Assembly (NCBI GenBank): GCA_950072105.1
Contig: CATMOE010000067.1
Location: 1 to 17,418 of the forward strand
Length of the DNA stretch: 17,418 nt
Direction of reading: 5' to 3'
Source of the DNA: an uncultured Dehalococcoidia bacterium
Lineage (GTDB): Bacteria > Chloroflexota > Dehalococcoidia > Lucifugimonadales > UBA3495
The position numbers and the translations under genes were made by a program. Positions 1 to 7,385 of this stretch are shown here, piece by piece; position 1 is the first letter of the stretch; every line of letters begins with the position of its first letter. Below the pieces are notes generated by a model. The model made no database searches, was not told the origin of the DNA, and saw only the letters and a program-made list of their open reading frames with translations.

Positions 1-763
1 GGGCACTGCCGCTGGATATTGGACGTTGACCTGAAGTTCCTTCTCCGTTGGCTTCACGGCTACCAGTTCGGCGACCTCTCGAACCACCGATTCCAAGTTG
101 AAAAGGACGGGCTCAATGGGCAACCGGCCTGCCTCGATCCTGGAAATGTCCAAGATGTCGTTTATCAAGCCGAGCAGGCCTTCTCCGCTGGTGTGGACCA
201 TAGACATCCACCTCGCGCTGATCTTCAGTCAGAGAGCTGTCGAGCAGCAAGCTGGCGGACCCAATCATGGTATTGAGCGGAGTGCGTATCTCGTGGCTCA
301 TGTTGGCCAGGAATTCGGCGGTGGTCCTTCTCGCTTCCAACGCGGCCTCCCGGGCGGCGTTGGTTTCAAATTCTAAATGCTTGCGCTCGATGGAATACCG
401 GATGGAGCTTTTTAGAATATTAGTATCTATGTGCCCTTTGATTAGGTAATCCTGGGCGCCCAACTGCATGGCCTCAATGGCAAAGGCCTGAATGTCCAGA
501 CCGGTCAGGATAATGGTGGGCACGGTCGAAGCCTGTTTGTGGGTTTCGATAAAGCTATCAGGTCCCCAGGAGTCGGGAAGACCCAAGTCCAACAGGACAA
601 CGTCAAAGCTATCTTCGGCAAGACGGGAAAGGGCATCGCCCAGCCTCATAACGTGGGTTAGACCGAACTTGATCCGTTCGCTCTGGGCCAACGTCCTTTC
701 AATTAACCGGGCGTCGGCCGGGTCGTCCTCCACCAATAGGACTTTGATCTGGTTTTCGTCCAT
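1..763 (-). pseudogene. Hybrid response regulator/histidine kinase (REC-HisKA, HATPase presumably beyond the left edge), interrupted by a +1 frameshift near 211-212
   Basis: N-terminal receiver ([26 protein letters not shown]) followed by an H-box ([15 protein letters not shown]). After EDQRE the kinase sequence continues one base out of frame as [50 protein letters not shown] and stays open to position 1. Confidence 0.85.
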
Positions 764-1204
764 TCAGATTTCCCTCCTGGGAAGGATTACCAGGCTGAGC
801 CAGAAATCTTCTATCATCTTGATGGTTCTGACAAACTCGTCCATGTCTACAGGTTTCTTGGTGTAGGCGTTGGCATGATGGTTGTAAGTGTCTAAGACGT
901 CCTCTTCAGCGTCGGACGAGGTAAGGACTATGACGGGTATGCGTTTCAACGCGGGGTCCTTTTTAATCTCTGCCAAAACCTCGGCGCCGTTTTTCTTGGG
1001 AAGCCCTAAGTCCAGCAGTATGATGTCCGGGCGCGGCGCGTTCGCGTATTCGCCCTGGCGCCGGAGGAAAGCCAAGGCTTGCTCGCCGTCCCGCACTACG
1101 CTGACTTGTTTCGTCAGCGTACCATTCTTCAATGCCCTCTCCGTAAGCCGCACGTCAGGCAGGCTATCTTCGATCAGCAAAATTTCAGCCTGTCTATTTT
1201 CCAA
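764..1204 (-). CDS. Single-domain response regulator, Rcp1-like (phytochrome-associated type)
   Basis: ILLIEDS, PDIILLDLGLPKKNG, IPVIVLTSS and ANAYTKKP, with the C-terminal DFWL typical of Rcp1-like receivers. TTG start lies 2 nt after the kinase stop, and its stop abuts the next ATG. Confidence 0.9.
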   Translation of the reverse strand: MENRQAEILLIEDSLPDVRLTERALKNGTLTKQVSVVRDGEQALAFLRRQGEYANAPRPDIILLDLGLPKKNGAEVLAEIKKDPALKRIPVIVLTSSDAEEDVLDTYNHHANAYTKKPVDMDEFVRTIKMIEDFWLSLVILPRREI

Positions 1205-1206
1205 TG

Positions 1207-2172
1207 CTACGTTACTCCCGACGCCTCGATGGTGAAGAAGAAAGTGCTCCCTGCTCCAATCTTGGACTTAACCCAGATCTTGCCGCCGTGCCGTTCCACG
1301 ATTTTCTTGCAGATGGCCGAGCCCATTCCCGTGCCTGGGTATTCTTCCTGGGTATGCAGACGTTGGAACATGGCAGAGATTCGCTCCACGTGTTCCGGAT
1401 CGATGCCTATACCGTTGTCGCGGACCGCAAACAGCCACTCCTTTTCGTTTCGTTCAGCAGACATATGCACCACCGGTTGGGCCTCGCCATGGAACTTGAT
1501 GCCGTTGCTGATCAGATTTTGGAACAACTGCACCATCTGGGTGCCGTCCGCCATTACTGTTGGGAGGTCATCCCTGGTAACCGCTGCCTCCGCATGATCG
1601 GAGTCCATCAAAAGGTCGGTTTTCACTTGGTCGAAAACTGCTGAGCAATCCACAGGTTCGAAAACTTTCCCCTGGGTGTCTATCCGGGAATAGGCCAATA
1701 GGTCGTTGATCAAAGACTCTAGCCTGTTGGCTCCGTCCACGATGAATCCCAGGTGTTCGTCAGCTTCCGCGTCTAGCCGGCCCGTATAATCATTCACCAA
1801 TATTTGGGCGAAGCTTTTCATCGCCCTAACCGGCGCCCGCAGATCATGAGACGCGACGTAAGCGAACTGAGCCAGGTCATGGTTCGAGCGCTCCAGGTCT
1901 TTGGTCCGCTCCGCCAGTTGTGCCTCGACCACCCGGATCTCCCTTAGTTGGTCCTCGACGAACGACATTTCCCGCTTGTCGAACCGGCGTATGACCGCGC
2001 TGCCCAGGAGGAATATTGCGAACAGAATAATGATGAAAAGTCCCGCCAGCAGCAATTCCGTGGGCCAAAGAAAAGTAGGTCCGGCGACAACAATCTTCCC
2101 TGATACATGGAAGAGGCCGTTCTCTAAAAGGCCGTCCCAGGCAGATGCGTTTTCAAGAAAGCCGTTTAACAT
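1207..2172 (-). CDS. Sensor histidine kinase with a Cph1/BphP-like transmitter (HisKA + HATPase_c), one TM helix and no recognisable sensor domain
   Basis: H-box LAQFAYVASHDLRAP, N-box QLFQNLISNGIKF, G1 VRDNGIGI, G2 GTGMGSAICKKIVERHGG, G3 GAGSTFFF. Hydrophobic segment LLLAGLFIIILFAIFLLGSAVI. The start codon is uncertain. Confidence 0.88.
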   Translation of the reverse strand: MLNGFLENASAWDGLLENGLFHVSGKIVVAGPTFLWPTELLLAGLFIIILFAIFLLGSAVIRRFDKREMSFVEDQLREIRVVEAQLAERTKDLERSNHDLAQFAYVASHDLRAPVRAMKSFAQILVNDYTGRLDAEADEHLGFIVDGANRLESLINDLLAYSRIDTQGKVFEPVDCSAVFDQVKTDLLMDSDHAEAAVTRDDLPTVMADGTQMVQLFQNLISNGIKFHGEAQPVVHMSAERNEKEWLFAVRDNGIGIDPEHVERISAMFQRLHTQEEYPGTGMGSAICKKIVERHGGKIWVKSKIGAGSTFFFTIEASGVT

Positions 2173-2284
2173 AACGAAAGCCGGATTTTGGCTGGAGGGT
2201 TGCTTTGCGATCTCATCAGGTCAGTTCTGGGTTTCCGAGACTGGCTGTTTGATATTTTCATGACGTGCCCACTCGGTCGGTTAC

Positions 2285-2290
2285 ATTATA
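2285..2290 (-). promoter_or_regulatory. Candidate sigma70 -10 box for the two-component triad
   Basis: Perfect TATAAT on the minus strand in an AT-richer intergenic patch. The -35 position at 17 nt spacing reads GTGATT, a weak match. Confidence 0.4.
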
Positions 2291-2425
2291 ACGGACATGG
2301 CATTTCTAATCACATTTGGGTTGAGATTGGGGTGCGGACAGGGCCGATCGGGCGTTATTCTGAGTAGCGGCCATTTGGCGCACGGTGGGAAGCAGGACCG
2401 TTTCTTGGTAGCAGGCCGGGATGCC

Positions 2426-4729
2426 TTAGCCGCTGAGCAGCTTGGCGATAAAACTCGGGCTGAGGGGTAGTTGGGTTATCTGAACGCCCAGGGGCGCCAG
2501 GGCGTTGCTCACGGCATTGGCCAGTGTCGCTCCGGTTGCCACGATTCCACCCTCGCCGGCTCCCTTCACTCCCAATGGGTTCAACGGTGAGGGCGCCTCT
2601 TCCAGAACGATGCTCTCTATCGGTGGTACGTCCGTGCTGGTGGGTAGCAGATAATCCATGAAACTGCCGGCCAGAAGTTGTCCGGAGTCGTCGTAGACTA
2701 GTTCCTCCAATAAGGTAGCGCCGATGCCCTGGGCAGCGCCCCCCACTGCTTGACCGTGGACCATCAACGGGTTGATGGCGCGGCCGATGTCTTCCACCAC
2801 CACGTAACGAATGATTTCTATCTTGCCGGTTTCCGGGTCCACGGCTACATGGGCGGCGTGACTCCCGTAACTGAAGGTAAGCTGGTCCGCTTCAAAGTAG
2901 GCTGTTATCTCCAGAGTCCCCGAGCCTTCTTCATTGAATCCAGGGTTCTCGGCTAGACCTGCGATCTCTCCCAAGCTCAGCAAAGCCGGTCCCTGCTCCG
3001 CGCCCTTACGAAATATCTCGCCTGTTTGTAAGACCAGGTTGGCCGGCTCGGTGTCAAGATACGTGCTGGCCAGGCTTAGGATCCGTTCCTTCATATTTTG
3101 ACAGGCCAGGTGTACGGCGTTGCCCCCCATCACCGTGCCCCGGCTGCCGTAAGTGCCGCCGCCGAAGGGTATATAGTCGGTGTTGCCGTGGTAGATGGTG
3201 ACGGCATCCATGGAGACGCCCAAGCTATCGGCGCAGATCTGGGCCATGGTGGTCTCATGGCCCTGGCCCATGGTGGTGATACCTAGATATACGTCAACGT
3301 CTCCCGTGCCGCTTATCACTATTCGGGCGCCTTCGTAGGGGCCCCGGCCGGTATTCTTGACGTATGTGGCGATGCCGATGCCGTGGTAGCGCCCGGCATC
3401 ATCCACCCATCGCTTGGGGTTTGTTTCCTCGTAGCCTATTTCGTCCAACGCCCGGGTCAATGCTTGGGGATAGTTGCCGCTGTCGAATATAGTGTCGCCG
3501 TCGGCCCGGGTGCGTCCCGCGTTGTAAGGCATCTGGGATGGCTGAATCAAGTTTTTGAAGCGCAATTCCGCCGGGTCTATCCCCAGGTCCGCCGCGGCCA
3601 TGTCCAGTAAGCGCTCCCGGATGAAACAGGACTCGTATCGACCCGGCGCTCGAAAAGTCCCCACGCCGGTCTTGTTGGTTATCACGCAATGTACGCCGCA
3701 CTCGTAGGCCGGCACGTTGTAAGGGCCCATCAGCAGGCCCGCGGTTGAAGCGGGCACCAGGCTGCCATGCGTCCGGATGTACCCGCCCATGTCGCCGTAG
3801 ACCTGGGCCCGGATCCCCAAGATGGTGCCGTCTTTTTTCATGGCGATCTCTATGTCGCAGAGAATATCCCTGGAATGGTTGGCGGCGATAAGGTGCTCCA
3901 GCCGGTCTTCCGTCCACTTTACCGGCCTGCCCAGCCGGATCGCCGCGAAGGGGACCAGGAAATCTTCCGGATAAAATTCCCCGCGTATGCCAAATCCCCC
4001 ACCCACGTCGCCTTCAACGAAGTGCATCTTCTCTTCGGGGAAGTCCAGAAGAGAAGACAATACCTCCCGGTTAAAGTGGGGTACTTTGGTGGCTCCCCAA
4101 ACCGTCAGTTCGCCCGCGTCGTAGGCCACTACCATTCCCCGGGTTTCCAGCGGGTTGCCCGTGTGGCGGTTGGTCTTGAAGCGTTCTTTGCGGGTATATT
4201 CGGCGTCTCTAAATGCCTGATCGATATCGCCGGTGGAGACAACGTAGTGCGCTGCCAGGTTGGTTCCCGGCGCCTCGTGGATGATAATCTCATCCCGTAG
4301 CGACTCTTCGATGTCAACGACGGCCGGCAAAGGCTCATAGGTCACGTCTATGACGTCTAGGGCGTCTTCGGCCAAATAGCGGCTATCCGCGATCACGATT
4401 GCCACCGGATCCCCCACATATCTGACCTTGTCTTGAGCTAGGGGATATTGTAGAAAGGGTTCCAGGCTTGGTAGTGGGTACAACCTGACCGGAATAGCCT
4501 TGGCCATGCCGGCGATGTCGTCGTAGGTAAAGACGGCCACGACTCCCGGCATGGCCAAGGCTGCCGTGGTGTCGATGGCTACGATCCGAGCGTGGGCATG
4601 GGGACTGCGCACGAATGTGGCATGGAGCATGCCGGGCAGCTTCACGTCGTCGGCGAAGGTTGCCCGTCCGGTTAGGAATCGCTCGTCCTCTTTTCTAGTG
4701 ATTGAGGCGCCGATATATTGTTGGACCAT
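2426..4729 (-). CDS. Xanthine oxidase family molybdopterin-binding large subunit (CoxL/CutL-like, not a bona fide CO dehydrogenase)
   Basis: RKEDERFLTG, VRSPHAHARI, VGGGFG, GQGHETTMAQI, GTYGSRG and catalytic KGAGEGG. The active-site loop is TFRAPGR. SD-like AAGGGGA lies upstream. Confidence 0.92.
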   Translation of the reverse strand: MVQQYIGASITRKEDERFLTGRATFADDVKLPGMLHATFVRSPHAHARIVAIDTTAALAMPGVVAVFTYDDIAGMAKAIPVRLYPLPSLEPFLQYPLAQDKVRYVGDPVAIVIADSRYLAEDALDVIDVTYEPLPAVVDIEESLRDEIIIHEAPGTNLAAHYVVSTGDIDQAFRDAEYTRKERFKTNRHTGNPLETRGMVVAYDAGELTVWGATKVPHFNREVLSSLLDFPEEKMHFVEGDVGGGFGIRGEFYPEDFLVPFAAIRLGRPVKWTEDRLEHLIAANHSRDILCDIEIAMKKDGTILGIRAQVYGDMGGYIRTHGSLVPASTAGLLMGPYNVPAYECGVHCVITNKTGVGTFRAPGRYESCFIRERLLDMAAADLGIDPAELRFKNLIQPSQMPYNAGRTRADGDTIFDSGNYPQALTRALDEIGYEETNPKRWVDDAGRYHGIGIATYVKNTGRGPYEGARIVISGTGDVDVYLGITTMGQGHETTMAQICADSLGVSMDAVTIYHGNTDYIPFGGGTYGSRGTVMGGNAVHLACQNMKERILSLASTYLDTEPANLVLQTGEIFRKGAEQGPALLSLGEIAGLAENPGFNEEGSGTLEITAYFEADQLTFSYGSHAAHVAVDPETGKIEIIRYVVVEDIGRAINPLMVHGQAVGGAAQGIGATLLEELVYDDSGQLLAGSFMDYLLPTSTDVPPIESIVLEEAPSPLNPLGVKGAGEGGIVATGATLANAVSNALAPLGVQITQLPLSPSFIAKLLSG

Positions 4730-4792
4730 AGCATTCCCCTTTGAGGGACTCGGTTTAGGGACGGGGGGACTGGCGGAGGGTCCGGGACCGCT

Positions 4793-5266
4793 TTATCCAG
4801 CCTCTTGGCTGACGTCCAAAATGGCCTGAACGATCGGGGCATATCCGGTGCAGCGGCAGATGTTTCCGGAGATTCCCTCTCGAACCTGCTCTTCGGTGGG
4901 ATTGGATGTATCTCTGAGAAATTCGTAGGCGGTCATCAACAGACCTGGGGTGCAAAACCCGCATTGAAGAGCGTGATTCCGCTGGAATGCCCGCTGAAGC
5001 GGATGAAGTTCCGGTCCGTCGGCCAGTCCCTCCACGGTCATCAGGCTGGCCCCATCGGCCTGGACCGCCAGCATCAAACATGACCGCATGGCGCTACCGT
5101 CCACCAAAATAGTACAGGCGCCGCAGACGCCGTGCTCACAGCCGACGTGGGTACCGGTAAGGTCTAGTTCGCCTCGAAGGAAGTCGACCAAGGTCATCCG
5201 CACCGGCACCAGGCTTTCGTATGCCTTGCCGTTGACTGTCAACCTTATGTTGCGTTCAGTGGTCAT
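4793..5266 (-). CDS. [2Fe-2S] small subunit (CoxS/CutS-like)
   Basis: GCEHGVCGAC...C and QCGFC...CRC iron-sulfur ligand sets. The start overlaps the stop of the medium subunit (ATGA). Confidence 0.95.
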   Translation of the reverse strand: MTTERNIRLTVNGKAYESLVPVRMTLVDFLRGELDLTGTHVGCEHGVCGACTILVDGSAMRSCLMLAVQADGASLMTVEGLADGPELHPLQRAFQRNHALQCGFCTPGLLMTAYEFLRDTSNPTEEQVREGISGNICRCTGYAPIVQAILDVSQEAG

Positions 5267-6162
5267 GCGGCGTCTTCTCCTTCATTAAAGGGCAACGCTT
5301 GGGGGAGCAAGGCCTGCTCCAGTGCCCGGCGGACCATGACGCCGGCCACGTCCTGGCGGTATTTGGCGGACGCGTGGATGTCAGAGATGGGATCCAGGGC
5401 ATCTGAAACCAACCGGGCGGCCTCCGACCGGTCATCCGTGCTCACTGAAGAGCCGGATAGATACACTTCCGCCGCGTCCATCCTCATCGGTGTGCCTCCG
5501 GCGCCGAATGTCGTTATCCGAGCCTCAAGGCAGATGCCTTTATCGTCTAGATGTAACATGGTGGCCGCCCCCACCAAAGCGAAGTCTCCGTCGCGGCGGC
5601 AGACTTCTTGGAACCCCCATCGCCAGTTCCCTACGGTTTGAGGTATTCGGATCTGAGTCAGCAATTCCACCGGCTCAAGGGCGGTGGTCAGGTGGTTCAA
5701 GAAGAAGTCTTCCGCCTTGACGGTACGTTCCCCGCCACTGTTTGCAAGTTCAAACTCGGTTTCTAAGGTAAGGCAAACCGCCGGAATCTCCGCGGCGGGG
5801 TCGCTGTGGGCCAGGCTGCCGCCCACGGTGCCCCGATTGCGTATCTGGAAATGTCCGATGTAAGGAATGGCCCAAGACAGCAAAGGAGCTGTCTCCAGAA
5901 CCAGTGCCGACCTCTCCAATTCCCGTTGCCTGGTCATTGCGCCGATGGCTAATCCGGCATCCCGCCTGGGCGAGATATGTGACAGGCCGGCTATTCGGTT
6001 GATGTCAATCACAACTTTCGGGCGAACAAGCCTCATGTTCATCATGGGCATCAAGCTCTGTCCACCGGCCAATATTTTGGCGTCGTCGCCGTATTGGCCG
6101 AGCAACTCTAGAGCTTCGTCTCGAGAGCTTGGAGAGTAGTAGTCGAATCTGGCTGGTTTCAT
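5263..6162 (-). CDS. FAD-binding medium subunit (CoxM/CutM-like)
   Basis: MKPARFDY, LAGGQSLMP, IRNRGTVGGSLAHSDPAAE, RRDGDFA and DIHASAKYR motifs. Confidence 0.95.
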   Translation of the reverse strand: MKPARFDYYSPSSRDEALELLGQYGDDAKILAGGQSLMPMMNMRLVRPKVVIDINRIAGLSHISPRRDAGLAIGAMTRQRELERSALVLETAPLLSWAIPYIGHFQIRNRGTVGGSLAHSDPAAEIPAVCLTLETEFELANSGGERTVKAEDFFLNHLTTALEPVELLTQIRIPQTVGNWRWGFQEVCRRDGDFALVGAATMLHLDDKGICLEARITTFGAGGTPMRMDAAEVYLSGSSVSTDDRSEAARLVSDALDPISDIHASAKYRQDVAGVMVRRALEQALLPQALPFNEGEDAA

Positions 6163-6633
6163 GTCTGACGGGCTCGTTGAATCATGGTTGTAGGTACCGG
6201 TTTGGTCTCATTAGCTCCCGCTACGCGAACCGCGAAAGGTTGGGTCAGGCAGATGAGCAAGCGGGAGAGGCTAGTATAGGATACGACCGTAAACACGGGC
6301 GGAAATCCACCGCGGCTAGACTTGGAAATCGAATTCTGCGTACACTTAAGCCCACGGAGTATAACCCGGCGGATGTTCCGCCGCAAGAAATTTATGTTAG
6401 CAGCCAAGTGTCAATGGTAGGTAGCGGCGCCGCTGGATGGAACTGGCGCCTAAGCCGGGCTCGTTTTCGGATATCTTTAGCGAATCGATCTGTTCCGATT
6501 GCGACGATCGCCCGGACCGCCTCCGCAAAGGAAGCGTATTACATAACGTAACGGTATTAGGCTCAGACGGTTGGCATAGTAGCACTCTTCGTCGTAGAAG
6601 AACCCAAACTTGCTCGAAGTTTCAAGACTTTTG

Positions 6634-6652
6634 GTCTAGACAAAGTGTAGAC
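6634..6652. promoter_or_regulatory. Candidate tandem GntR/HutC-type operator upstream of the archaellin genes
   Basis: Perfect palindrome GTCTAGAC (6634-6641) and GTGTAGAC (6645-6652), both fitting GTnTAnAC, 11 bp apart and 43 nt before the first archaellin ATG. Confidence 0.35.
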
Positions 6653-6695
6653 TGCCAAATCAGATATATAGCTGGGAGAGGTTTAAACACCAACC

Positions 6696-7310
6696 ATGAG
6701 GAAACTCAATATGAATTCGCAACAAGGGTTGCCGGGGTTGTATCGGGACCAAAGGGGAATCACGGGTCTTGAAACGGCCATCGTACTCATCGCTTTCGTG
6801 GTGGTTGCTTCTGTGTTTGCTTTCGCCGTTCTAAGCACCGGTTTGCTCAGCTCAGAAAAGAGTAAAGAGACGGTGTTGGGCGGGCTGGAAGAAACCTCCT
6901 CTACATTGAGTGTACGCGGCGACGTTATCGGCGACGCCAACTCGGGCAAAACCGCCTTAGATACCGTCAAGTTCACCCTGCCCAGTGCCGCACAAGCCGC
7001 GGACGCGGTGGACCTTTCCAGCACCGGCGTGGTAATCACATACCTGGATCAGGACCAGGCCCTAAACTGTACCAACGCGTCGGGGTCGGGAAATTCCTAC
7101 TGTTTCTGGACCACGTCCTGGATCATCGGTTCCGGTGATCTGGTGGACCCCGGTGAGCAGGTAGACGTAACCGTTGACCTTTAAAACATGACACCGGTCC
7201 TAGGACTTAAGAAGGAATTCACCATACAAGTTAAGCCCAACAAGGGAGCGGTGATCATCGTCAACCGGATGACACCTCCTGAATTCAAGGCGATCCAGGC
7301 TCTTAACTGA
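6696..7310 (+). pseudogene. arlB: Archaellin (archaeal flagellin, ArlB/FlaB family) copy 1, interrupted by an in-frame TAA at 7182-7184
   Basis: Class III signal peptide RDQRG|ITGLETAIVLIAFVVVASVFAFAVLSTG and late motif GDLVDPGE. After the TAA the same frame continues NMTPVLGLKKEFTIQVKPNKGAVIIVNRMTPPEFKAIQALN to TGA at 7308-7310, colinear with the C-terminus of copy 2. Confidence 0.88.
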
Positions 7311-7385
7311 CCATGGCGAGTCGTTGATCGATCAAAACTCCAGGCCAACGTAGTGAGATTATTAGGAAAGGTTGCAAGAGGTACC

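Noticed and set aside
2166..2261. 31-aa minus-strand ORF (MKISNSQSRK...) overlapping the kinase start, as a leader peptide or frameshifted N-terminus
   Set aside because: It has no SD, hydrophobic segment or recognisable similarity, so it cannot be distinguished from chance.
2426..4729. Calling this gene coxL (aerobic CO dehydrogenase)
   Set aside because: It has neither AYxCSFR nor AYxGAGR; the loop is TFRAPGR.
6220..6320. c-di-GMP-I riboswitch upstream of the archaellins, suggested by the GAAA-containing hairpin
   Set aside because: The conserved GCAAA and GACGCAAAGC-like elements are absent, and the site is about 400 nt from the start codon.
6571..6590. Sigma54-like TTGGCA element
   Set aside because: There is no GC at the required GG-N10-GC spacing.
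6129..6772. Short ORFs in the divergent intergenic region (6129-6551, 6159-6407, 6397-6585, 6437-6772)
   Set aside because: They overlap each other, lack SD sites and recognisable domains, and occupy the expected promoter region.
7182..7184. Selenocysteine, pyrrolysine or alternative-code readthrough in archaellin 1
   Set aside because: The codon is TAA, not TGA or TAG, and TAA is used as a normal stop elsewhere in the window (for example the SDR and the large subunit).
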